Assembly: GCA_037131065.1 (NCBI GenBank)
Contig: JBAXRT010000002.1
Location: forward strand, 1 to 56,456
Direction of reading: 5' to 3'
DNA length: 56,456 nucleotides
Origin: a bacterium
GTDB lineage: Bacteria; Bacteroidota; Bacteroidia; Bacteroidales; FEN-979
The notes beneath the pieces were generated by a model. That model saw nothing but the letters and a program-made list of their open reading frames with translations, was not told the DNA's origin and searched no databases. Shown piece by piece: positions 1-6,960 of this stretch. Each line of letters starts with the position of its first letter. The stretch's first letter is position 1. Both the position numbers and the translations under genes were made by a program.

Positions 1-655
1 AGGTTTCCATAAGATCATTCTGAATCTTAAAAACCTCTGTCATGCTGTTGGAATTCCGCCACAGATCGACACATTCGGGCATGCCACCGATAAACATGTA
101 TTGTCTCAGCTCGTAGAGAAGCGTGGAATGGATCGTATCCGATAGTCTGGCAGGTTTTTCAAGAAGGATATCAGCCAGTTTCTCTTTCCCGGTATTCTTT
201 AGAAATTCATAAAAGTTCATCGGTGTCATATTTAATATGCTTACCCTTCCGACCGGAAAAGATATCTTCTGCATGGTGAACTCAAGAAGTGATCCGGCTG
301 CGATCAAATGTAGTTCAGGCATTTCTTCATAGAAATACCGTAATGACATGATTGCTTTTGGCGCACCCTGGATCTCATCAAAAAACAGTAAATCCGCAGC
401 CGTGTTTATGGAAGTATTCAACAGGAGCTCCAGTTCACTGATGATCCGGACAGGGTCAAGGTTCTTCTCAAAAATACCGACCCATTCCGGATGCTTTTCA
501 AAATCAACCGTGTGGATCTTTCCATTAAAATGTGTTTTGCCAAAGTTCTGTACCGAGTACGATTTTCCAACCTGCCGTGCCCCCCGGATGATGAGTGGCT
601 TTCTTTTAAGCGTACGCTCCCATTCTTTCAACGTAAGGGTGAATAATCTTTCCAT
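1..655 (-). CDS. AAA+ ATPase, AAA_14/DUF4143-like 'ATP-binding protein' family (partial; C-terminal part runs off the left edge)
   Basis: Absent from the supplied ORF track because there is no stop codon in the window. Reverse-strand translation from the ATG at 655-653 gives MERLFTLTLKEWERTLKRKPLIIRGARQVGKSYSVQNFGK...AADLLFFDEIQGAPKAIMSLRYFYEEMPELHLIAAGSLLEF... It has Walker A (GARQVGKS) and Walker B (LLFFDEIQ). The listed 348..689 + ORF is its antisense shadow. Confidence 0.75.
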   Translation of the reverse strand, partial: MERLFTLTLKEWERTLKRKPLIIRGARQVGKSYSVQNFGKTHFNGKIHTVDFEKHPEWVGIFEKNLDPVRIISELELLLNTSINTAADLLFFDEIQGAPKAIMSLRYFYEEMPELHLIAAGSLLEFTMQKISFPVGRVSILNMTPMNFYEFLKNTGKEKLADILLEKPARLSDTIHSTLLYELRQYMFIGGMPECVDLWRNSNSMTEVFKIQNDLMET

Positions 656-665
656 AACCGTTCAT

Positions 666-713
666 TTTAGAAATACAAGGCAAATATAGTACAATCTCTT
701 TAGAAATACAAGG
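666..713. repeat. Two exact 15-bp direct repeats, TTTAGAAATACAAGG (666-680 and 699-713), flanking the ATPase promoter box
   Basis: Read directly from the sequence. The copies are 33 bp apart centre to centre, about three helical turns. They lie just upstream of the ATPase start codon. Confidence 0.7.
681..688 (-). promoter_or_regulatory. Bacteroidota-type -7 promoter box (TATATTTG on the minus strand) for the AAA ATPase
   Basis: The plus strand reads CAAATATA, which is TAnnTTTG on the minus strand. It lies 26 nt upstream of the start codon at 655. Confidence 0.45.
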
Positions 714-892
714 GTGTTTTGATCATATTCCTTTAAAAAGGAAAGCTAAAGCGGTTATGCTAAATAAATGGTGGATGATACGAGGTCTTTCCAGGACACA
801 ATTTTTACATCTTTATGGGTGAAAGTTTCATCACGATAATTTTTTTCCATTCTAAACAATTTTCATAACTCTTTTATTGCATGTCGGTTCCT

Positions 893-985
893 GAGTTATC
901 AGGTTACATTGGGTTTACTTTCAGTTTGTTATTAGTTTACTAACAGGTTATTATTCAGTTAGTTGTTAATAAGTTGGTAATAGGT
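893..985. repeat. GTTA-rich iteron-like block upstream of the HTH gene
   Basis: It contains TA(T/A)CAGGTTA at 897-906 and 941-950, GTTTACT at 913-919 and 935-941, and TTCAGTT(T/A)GTT at 920-930 and 954-964. Local GC is about 28-30 percent. Confidence 0.5.
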
Positions 986-1001
986 GGATGATTTAGAATC
1001 C

Positions 1002-1009
1002 TACTTTTG
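1002..1009 (+). promoter_or_regulatory. -7 promoter box TACTTTTG for the HTH gene
   Basis: Matches TAnnTTTG, 25 nt upstream of the ATG at 1034. Confidence 0.45.
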
Positions 1010-1033
1010 CCAGCGTAAAATTTGTTAAAAGCT

Positions 1034-1213
1034 ATGAGCGAAAAATCAATTATTGAAAAACCGGTTACAGCCAAATATATCTGTAAGATGATAGGCGTAA
1101 GCAGACCTGCTCTTCATAAATGGAGTAAAGAAGGAATCATCAGAGCACATAAGCTCGGCGGCAAGCTATTTTACTTTGAAAGCGAGGTTATGGAGGATTT
1201 AAAAAAATGCTGA
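1034..1213 (+). CDS. Small helix-turn-helix DNA-binding protein (MerR/excisionase-like HTH_17 type)
   Basis: The product reads MSEKSIIEKPVTAKYICKMIGVSRPALHKWSKEGIIRAHKLGGKLFYFESEVMEDLKK. The pattern (T/S)xxEaaxxLgvSrxTlxxwxxxGxlxxxkxGgkxxfxxxev is typical of excisionase-family HTH proteins on Bacteroidota mobile elements. The track ORF starts at a TTG at 1022, but the ATG at 1034 is preferred. Confidence 0.7.
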   Translation: MSEKSIIEKPVTAKYICKMIGVSRPALHKWSKEGIIRAHKLGGKLFYFESEVMEDLKKC

Positions 1214-1328
1214 ACTCATGGTATCAGGGCAATTCATGACAGGTTCCGATCGTCTTTAGTCATCTGTATATAATGACTACATTGTAACCAAAAAAATGAT
1301 GTAAAACTAATCAAACCATTATGCATCT

Positions 1329-1619
1329 ATGAAAATTAGTAATGAAGCACTGACCATACTCAGAGCGGAATTACCTAGGGGTAGTGTTCCACAAATAAGA
1401 CAAAGACTTTTGAAAAGAAATATTTCTTTTTCCCATCAGTATATCTATCGCTGTCTGGATCCAAATCAGCCGGATTACAAAGAGATCATCATCAGAGAAG
1501 CTGTCTCCTTGTATGAGGAACTCGCCAAAGGAGCCTGGGGCTTGGACTGTTGTACTGTTTCGCCTATGTACGTAAGGTTTCCAAGGTGTCATTTGTATTG
1601 CTGTATCAGATTTGTGTAA
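1329..1619 (+). CDS. Hypothetical small protein, possibly with a degenerate or truncated C-terminus
   Basis: The first ~66 aa look protein-like (MKISNEALTILRAELPRGSVPQIRQRLLKRNISFSHQYIYRCLDPNQPDYKEIIIREAVSLYEELAK). The Cys/Trp-rich tail looks non-native. It competes with the antisense ORF 1371..1679. Confidence 0.3.
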   Translation: MKISNEALTILRAELPRGSVPQIRQRLLKRNISFSHQYIYRCLDPNQPDYKEIIIREAVSLYEELAKGAWGLDCCTVSPMYVRFPRCHLYCCIRFV

Positions 1620-1677
1620 TTCATAATTTCCAAAAAATCGAAAATTTTTGCCAACACTTGAAGCATCGAAACAGGGC

Positions 1678-1705
1678 AAAAAAAAAGGAGGCCGTTAAGC
1701 CTCCT
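1678..1705 (-). terminator. Rho-independent terminator directly after tRNA-Lys
   Basis: On the minus strand the sequence reads AGGAGGC-UUAACG-GCCUCCU, followed by a run of about 8 U (the plus-strand A-run at 1678-1686). Confidence 0.65.
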
Positions 1706-1781
1706 TGGTGATCCGCCTGGGATTCGAACCCAGGACCCCCGCCTTAAAAGGGCGATGCTCTACCTACTGAGCTAGCGAATC
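1706..1781 (-). tRNA. tRNA-Lys (anticodon UUU), with CCA encoded
   Basis: The minus strand reads GATTCGCTAGCTCAGTAGGTAGAGCATCGCCCTTTTAAGGCGGGGGTCCTGGGTTCGAATCCCAGGCGGATCACCA. The acceptor stem is 7 bp (one G-U pair), the anticodon loop is CTTTTAA, the T-loop is GGTTCGAATCC, and the length is 76 nt. Confidence 0.93.
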
Positions 1782-1801
1782 AAGGTTGAATTTTGAGGGT
1801 G

Positions 1802-1809
1802 CAAAAGTA
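1802..1809 (-). promoter_or_regulatory. -7 promoter box (TACTTTTG on the minus strand) for tRNA-Lys
   Basis: The plus strand reads CAAAAGTA, 21 nt upstream of the mature tRNA 5' end. Confidence 0.45.
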
Positions 1810-1839
1810 CACCTTTTTTTATTTCAGACAATAGAAAGT

Positions 1840-2169
1840 TTATAAATTTCCATGTAAAGCGATCCAGACACAAGGAGGTTCTGTCGTCGTGAATTCCACA
1901 CTGTGGCGGCAATGGGCAGGGATAAGCAGGTAATCTCCAGGCAGTAATTCAACACGTTCCCCTTTTTCGAAACCTACAACAGCCTGTCCGCTCAATAAAA
2001 TGACCCATTCATCCCACTCCTGGTCATACCATTCTCCTTCCGGTGTTGTCTGCCCATTACTGACGATCCGCTCGAGCAATAAATCTTTTTTTCTGACAAG
2101 AACTTCAAAAACTTCTGATGTCCCGCAATCTTCCCTGAGAGGCTCAAATATGTTTCTTTTCCTGATCAT
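1840..2169 (-). CDS. Cupin domain-containing protein
   Basis: 109 aa. It contains GEWYDQEWDEWVILLSGQAVVGFEKGERVELLPGDYLLIPAHCRHSV, the two-motif cupin beta-barrel signature. It overlaps the tsaC stop by 4 nt, which suggests an operon. Confidence 0.75.
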   Translation of the reverse strand: MIRKRNIFEPLREDCGTSEVFEVLVRKKDLLLERIVSNGQTTPEGEWYDQEWDEWVILLSGQAVVGFEKGERVELLPGDYLLIPAHCRHSVEFTTTEPPCVWIALHGNL

Positions 2170-2786
2170 AGGATGGAATAGTAATCTCCTTTACCCTGAC
2201 GAATGAGAACAGGTTCATTTCCCGTAAAATCGATCACGGTTGATGGGATGTTGCCGCAATGACCGGAATCGATCACGATATCGACAAGCTTATGGAACTT
2301 TTCATAAATGAGTTCAGGATCTGTCAGGTAATCGACCAGCTCATCCTCATGATGGATTGAGGTGGTCATGATCGGGTTCCCCAGCTGCTCGACAATCTTT
2401 ACCGGGACATGATGGTCGGGGACCCTGATCCCGACCGTTTTCTTCCGGCTCTGAAAAAAATGCGGGACCCTGTTGTTGGCATTCAGAATGAAGGTGTATG
2501 GACCCGGAAGGGCCCTTCTCATTACCTTATAAGTGTGGTTCGGTATCGGGCGGGTAAAATCGGCAAGCTGGCTCAGGCTGTGACAGATAAAGGAAAAGTT
2601 TGCCTTCTCCCTTTTGATCCCTTTGATCTGGGCAACCCGTTCGATCGCCTTTAGCTTCATGAGATCACACCCGAGACCATAAACGGTATCGGTAGGGTAG
2701 ATGATAATACCCCCGTCATGCAGGCATTCTGTAATGATCTTCAGGTGCCTTTCACCGGGATTATCGGGATGGATCTTTAAAAGCAT
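2166..2786 (-). CDS. tsaC: L-threonylcarbamoyladenylate synthase (YrdC/TsaC type)
   Basis: It has IIIYPTDTVYGLGCD, FSFICHS, PGPYTFIL and KTVGIRVP motifs, the classic YrdC fold. The start is placed at the ATG at 2786 (MLLKIHPDNPG...) because a -7 box lies at 2817-2824, inside the longer track ORF. Confidence 0.85.
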   Translation of the reverse strand: MLLKIHPDNPGERHLKIITECLHDGGIIIYPTDTVYGLGCDLMKLKAIERVAQIKGIKREKANFSFICHSLSQLADFTRPIPNHTYKVMRRALPGPYTFILNANNRVPHFFQSRKKTVGIRVPDHHVPVKIVEQLGNPIMTTSIHHEDELVDYLTDPELIYEKFHKLVDIVIDSGHCGNIPSTVIDFTGNEPVLIRQGKGDYYSIL

Positions 2787-2816
2787 CTGGGGTTTTGGGT
2801 TTTCATCACGCTGCAG

Positions 2817-2824
2817 CAAAAGTA
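2817..2824 (-). promoter_or_regulatory. -7 promoter box (TACTTTTG on the minus strand) for tsaC-cupin
   Basis: The plus strand reads CAAAAGTA, 31 nt upstream of the ATG at 2786. Confidence 0.45.
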
Positions 2825-2869
2825 CGCATATCCTGCAAAACAATGATAATGGACTGGAATCAAAAACTT

Positions 2870-2897
2870 AAATCGTAATTCGTCACTCGTAATTCGT
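2870..2897. repeat. Degenerate heptamer tandem repeat (AAATCGT AATTCGT CACTCGT AATTCGT)
   Basis: Period-7 array read directly from the sequence. It shares the core TAATTCGTCACTCGTnATT with the array at 26050-26069. Confidence 0.75.
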
Positions 2898-3063
2898 AAA
2901 TAAAAAAGGGTAAGTACATTATATCGCACCGCTCGACCACCTTACCCTTGCTTCCTTCCGGACCTGGGGGAGTTGGATGGGAGCTGGTCGTATAAGACTT
3001 ACCCAGTGCAAAAATACATTATTTTTTCAAGGTTTCACTCCTTTGAATTGCCGTTTTTTTTTG

Positions 3064-3071
3064 TATGTTTG
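3064..3071 (+). promoter_or_regulatory. -7 promoter box TATGTTTG for the DUF4199-GT2-HK-GT4-heptose operon
   Basis: Matches TAnnTTTG. It lies only 7 nt before the ATG at 3078, so the mRNA is either leaderless or the true start is the ATG at 3099 (MEEKTR...). Confidence 0.4.
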
Positions 3072-3077
3072 CCTATT

Positions 3078-3635
3078 ATGAACCAAAATCAAGGAATTAT
3101 GGAAGAAAAAACGCGTACTACGACCGTACATTCACTGTACTACGGGTTGATGACAGGAGCAGCCCTGATTATTCTCAGCCTGATCCTATATATTTCCAAC
3201 CTTTATATGAACCGGCCTTTGGGATACCTTTCCTTCGCCATCCTCGCCGGTGGCATGGTTTGGGGAACTCTTGAATACAGGAAAACCTACAGGAATAATT
3301 TCATGACCTATGGCCAGGCATTTAGCCTTTGTTTCCTTATAGGTTTATTCACAGCCGTTGTGTCTGCAATCTTTTCGTATATTTTCGCTGAATTTATCTA
3401 TCCGGGACTTTCACAGGAGATCCTTCAGAAAGCCAGGGAAGAAATTGAGAACGGCGGGCAGCAGATCACCGAAGAGCAGATGGAGGTGGCGCTCGACTGG
3501 ACAAGAAAGTTCACCACCCCAGTAATGATGGCAATCATGGACCTTGTCATGAAAGTCTTCTCCTCCGTAATTCTTGCCCTCCTTGCGGCACTTTTCCTCA
3601 AAAGGGAAGACAAATCCCTGAACACCACCGTATAA
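3078..3635 (+). CDS. DUF4199-like integral membrane protein
   Basis: It has four predicted TM helices, and the sequence YYGLMTGAALIILSLILYI...YGQAFSLCFLIGLF...PVMMAIMDLV resembles the Bacteroidota DUF4199 family. That family is commonly followed by a GT2 gene. The N-terminal part of the track ORF (TTG at 2973) is rejected. Confidence 0.65.
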   Translation: MNQNQGIMEEKTRTTTVHSLYYGLMTGAALIILSLILYISNLYMNRPLGYLSFAILAGGMVWGTLEYRKTYRNNFMTYGQAFSLCFLIGLFTAVVSAIFSYIFAEFIYPGLSQEILQKAREEIENGGQQITEEQMEVALDWTRKFTTPVMMAIMDLVMKVFSSVILALLAALFLKREDKSLNTTV

Positions 3636-3646
3636 TTTCTTATTGA

Positions 3647-4591
3647 ATGAACATCTCTGTCGTTGTACCTCTTCTGAACGAGGAAGAATCGCTGAAAGAG
3701 CTGACAGCCTGGATCGACCATGTCATGCAGGAGAACAAGTTTACCTACGAAATCATCTTTGTCGATGATGGTAGCAGCGACGGATCATGGAATATAATTG
3801 AAGAGCTTAACCACCAGTACCCTGGTGTAAGGGGGATAAAATTCCGCAGGAATTACGGGAAATCAGCAGCACTTAACACAGGCTTTAAGGCTGCCGGGGG
3901 CGATGTGGTATTTACCATGGATGCCGATTTGCAGGACAGCCCGGATGAGATCCCGGAGATGTACCGGATGATCAGCGAGGAAGGTCTTGATCTGGTTTCG
4001 GGATGGAAGAAAAAGCGGCGTGACCCCATCTCAAAAACAATCCCGACGAAGTTCTATAACTGGTCGGCAAGAAGGATGTCTGGGATCAGACTTCATGACT
4101 TTAACTGCGGACTTAAGGCATACCGCAGTGCCGTGGTTAAGAGCATCGAGGTCTATGGTGAGATGCACCGGTATATCCCCTTTCTTGCAAAATGGGCCGG
4201 ATTCAGAAAGATAGGGGAGAAGGTCGTCGTACATCAGAAACGGAAATTCGGCAGGACGAAATTTGGCATCGACAGGTTTTATAAGGGTTACCTCGATCTT
4301 CTTACGATAACTTTTACCTCCCGCTTCGGGAAAAGCCCAATGCATTTCTTCGGCCTCTGGGGAAGCTTCATTTTTCTTGCCGGTTTTGTTATCGCAGGAT
4401 ATCTTGCCTGGGAGAAATTTTTTTACCAGGCATTCAAGATGACCGAAAGGCCCCTCTTCTATTTCGGGATACTGGCAATGATACTTGGAACACAATTGTT
4501 TGTGGCGGGATTTCTGGGAGAACTAATCTCGCGCAATGCCGCCGACCGGAACCACTACCTTGTTGAGAAACAGATGGGGTTTGATGACTGA
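3647..4591 (+). CDS. Family 2 glycosyltransferase, polyprenyl-phosphate sugar transferase type (GtrB/ArnC/DPM1-like)
   Basis: It has ISVVVPLLNEEESL, FVDDGSSDGS and MDADLQD (DxD) motifs plus two C-terminal TM helices, the architecture of Und-P/Dol-P glycosyltransferases. Confidence 0.85.
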   Translation: MNISVVVPLLNEEESLKELTAWIDHVMQENKFTYEIIFVDDGSSDGSWNIIEELNHQYPGVRGIKFRRNYGKSAALNTGFKAAGGDVVFTMDADLQDSPDEIPEMYRMISEEGLDLVSGWKKKRRDPISKTIPTKFYNWSARRMSGIRLHDFNCGLKAYRSAVVKSIEVYGEMHRYIPFLAKWAGFRKIGEKVVVHQKRKFGRTKFGIDRFYKGYLDLLTITFTSRFGKSPMHFFGLWGSFIFLAGFVIAGYLAWEKFFYQAFKMTERPLFYFGILAMILGTQLFVAGFLGELISRNAADRNHYLVEKQMGFDD

Positions 4592-4620
4592 TCCCGCTAA
4601 TCTATCAAACACGATTTTTT

Positions 4621-5808
4621 ATGGAAATATCCAAACGGGTCCACTTTCTGAAAGAGGTCGGTATCTTCTCTGAATCACCGGAGTACCTGCTGTTTCAGAT
4701 CGCAGAAAACCTGGTTGAAATAGAAGTGCCGGAGGGCGATCATATCGTTCTGAAAGGCGAAATGGGGGATTCGATGTACATCCTTATTGAAGGAAGAGTA
4801 AAGGTACACGACGGACCACATGTTTTCTCGGTACTGAAAAAAGGAGATGTGTTCGGGAAATATTACCTGATCGACCGTAAGGAGCGTTCGGCGACCGTTA
4901 CAGCCCTCCTTCCTTCACGACTTTTTCTTTTCCACCAGGATATCTTCTATGAGATCACGAAAAACGAGAGTACCGTTGTCAAGGGCATTCTGAAAGCGCT
5001 GGTTGGCCGCCTGCGTGACATGAATGTAGTTGAAGAGCAAATGGCATCACAGAACCAGGAGATCTTAAGGCAAAAGGATGAACTGGAGAGGCAAAAAAAG
5101 GAGCTACTGGAACTTAATGCTACCAAGGATAAGTTTTTCTCTATCATCGCCCATGATCTCCGAAGTCCCATCACCACCCTGATCTCCCTGTCAGAAGTAC
5201 TGAAAACTGACCTGGAATTGCTAACAACCAGTCAGCAGACCGATATCCTCAACAGTTTATATGATCTTTCGAGGAATTATCTTAAACTTTTGGATAACCT
5301 GCTTCAGTGGGCAAGGATGCAGACCGGCAGGCTCAAGGCAGAACCCGAAAAGATCAGGCTGGATGACCTGATCAGGGAAGCCGTCGGGTTCTTCCGGGTT
5401 TATGCCTGCGACAAACAGATCGGGCTGGAATATGAAAATCAGGTCAGGACAGAGGTCATTGCAGACAGGAACATGATCAAAACAGTACTTCGCAATCTTA
5501 TTTCCAATGCAATCAAGTATACCGCTCCAAGCGGCAGGGTTACCATCCAGACAAAAGATCATGACCGGAGGATCGAAGTTATTGTAAAGGACGATGGCGT
5601 GGGAATGACGAGTGAGATACTTGAAAAATTATTTCACATTGATAAAACCTCTACCACCAGAGGCACCGCTGATGAAAAAGGGACCGGTCTTGGATTGATC
5701 CTTTGTAAGGAGTTCGTGGAGAAAAACGGGGGGCTACTCCATGTGGAAAGCGAACGGGGAGTTGGAAGCACTTTCCGGTTCACCCTGCCCAAAAGTGAAA
5801 TTCAATAG
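4621..5808 (+). CDS. Sensor histidine kinase with an N-terminal cyclic-nucleotide-binding (CAP_ED) domain; no receiver domain
   Basis: The cNMP cassette is GDSMYILIEGRVKV...GDVFGKYYLIDRKERSATVTA. A coiled coil follows, then the H-box FFSIIAHDLRSPI, the N-box NLISNAIKYT, G1 DDGVGM and G2 GTGLGL. Confidence 0.85.
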   Translation: MEISKRVHFLKEVGIFSESPEYLLFQIAENLVEIEVPEGDHIVLKGEMGDSMYILIEGRVKVHDGPHVFSVLKKGDVFGKYYLIDRKERSATVTALLPSRLFLFHQDIFYEITKNESTVVKGILKALVGRLRDMNVVEEQMASQNQEILRQKDELERQKKELLELNATKDKFFSIIAHDLRSPITTLISLSEVLKTDLELLTTSQQTDILNSLYDLSRNYLKLLDNLLQWARMQTGRLKAEPEKIRLDDLIREAVGFFRVYACDKQIGLEYENQVRTEVIADRNMIKTVLRNLISNAIKYTAPSGRVTIQTKDHDRRIEVIVKDDGVGMTSEILEKLFHIDKTSTTRGTADEKGTGLGLILCKEFVEKNGGLLHVESERGVGSTFRFTLPKSEIQ

Positions 5809-6960
5809 ATGTCTGATCGCAAAAAAATCGTACTGATCGGTTCCGCATATCCACTGAGGGGAGGATTGGCTACTTTCAATGAAAGACTCATCAGGGAGTT
5901 CAGGAGCAGGGGAGACGATGCATTTATCTATACCTTCAGTCTGCAATATCCTTCCCTCTTTTTTCCGGGGAAAACCCAGTATTCAACCGAATCACCCCCG
6001 AAGGATCTTCCCATACATATCAAGGTGAATTCAGTTAATCCTGTAAATTGGTTCCGGGTCGGAGCCGATCTCAGGAACCAGAAACCCGATTATGTCATTG
6101 TCAAATACTGGATCCCTTTCATGGCCCCCTGTTTTGGAACAATTGTACGGATCATTAGGAGGAATAACCATTCCAGGATTATTTCCATCCTGGATAACCT
6201 GGTCCCCCATGAAAAACGGCCAGGCGACCAACTCCTTTCTAAGTTCTGGGTAAACAGTGTGGATGGTTTCGTTGCCATGTCGAAATCAGTCATGGAGGAT
6301 ATCGCCCGGTTTGAACCTGGAAAACCGAGGATCTTCTGCCCCCATCCGCTCTACGATAACTTCGGCGAACCCATTTCTAAAGAGATTGCGATACGCAACC
6401 TTGGACTTGACCCGGGATTTCATTACCTGCTCTTCTTTGGTTTTATAAGGGATTACAAGGGGCTGGACCTGTTGCTCAGGGCGATGGCCAGCGACCGCAT
6501 CAGGTCATCTCGCATCAGACTAATTGTGGCCGGTGAGTTTTATTGTGATCCGAAACCATATACCGAACTTATTTCGGAACTTGGTTTGGGTGATAAGGTT
6601 ATCATGAGCAACGATTTCATACCCGATTCCCTTGTGGTGAACTATTTCTGTGCCGCCGACCTGGTGGTTCAGCCTTATAAAGCTGCAACCCAGAGTGGTG
6701 TGACACAAATTGCATATCATTTCAATAAACCAATGGTGATAACCGATGTCGGGGGACTGGCTGAGATTGTACCCCATGGACGGGTAGGGTATGTCGTTAC
6801 TCCTGATCCCGAAGCAATCTCCGTTGCCATTACAGCGTTTTATGAAAACGGGATGGAAAAAGAGTTCTCCGAAAATGCCTCAACCGAGAAGCTCCTCTAT
6901 TCTTGGAGGAGAATGACAGATAGTATTGACAAACTCGCAGAAAATGATCATACGAAGTAA
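5809..6960 (+). CDS. Family 4 (GT-B, group 1) glycosyltransferase
   Basis: Its ATG directly abuts the kinase stop codon. The C-terminal half carries the GT-B signature (LIVAGEF...ADLVVQPYKAATQSGVTQIAYHFNKPMVITDVGGLAE). Confidence 0.8.
   Translation: MSDRKKIVLIGSAYPLRGGLATFNERLIREFRSRGDDAFIYTFSLQYPSLFFPGKTQYSTESPPKDLPIHIKVNSVNPVNWFRVGADLRNQKPDYVIVKYWIPFMAPCFGTIVRIIRRNNHSRIISILDNLVPHEKRPGDQLLSKFWVNSVDGFVAMSKSVMEDIARFEPGKPRIFCPHPLYDNFGEPISKEIAIRNLGLDPGFHYLLFFGFIRDYKGLDLLLRAMASDRIRSSRIRLIVAGEFYCDPKPYTELISELGLGDKVIMSNDFIPDSLVVNYFCAADLVVQPYKAATQSGVTQIAYHFNKPMVITDVGGLAEIVPHGRVGYVVTPDPEAISVAITAFYENGMEKEFSENASTEKLLYSWRRMTDSIDKLAENDHTK

Noticed and set aside
348-689. A 113-aa plus-strand ORF at the left edge.
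   Set aside because: The opposite strand encodes a clear Walker A/B ATPase in a continuous frame. This ORF is the antisense shadow.
1371-1679. A 102-aa minus-strand ORF next to the tRNA.
   Set aside because: It overlaps the 1329..1619 plus-strand ORF, whose N-terminal 66 aa look more protein-like, and it would run into the tRNA terminator. Neither ORF is strongly supported, so only the plus-strand one is listed, at low confidence.
2906-2948. An inverted repeat AGGGTAAG...CTTACCCT (8-bp stem, 27-nt loop) in the tsaC/DUF4199 intergenic region, considered as a possible small RNA or riboswitch.
   Set aside because: I recognise no conserved riboswitch or ncRNA consensus. It is a single modest stem with a large loop, which is not enough evidence to call an RNA gene.
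2973-3077. N-terminal extensions created by TTG/GTG starts in the ORF track (2973, 17605, 28362, 28378, 50997, 2843).
   Set aside because: In each case a TAnnTTTG box lies inside the extension, or an internal ATG gives a canonical signal peptide or family N-terminus. The extensions also have non-protein-like composition.
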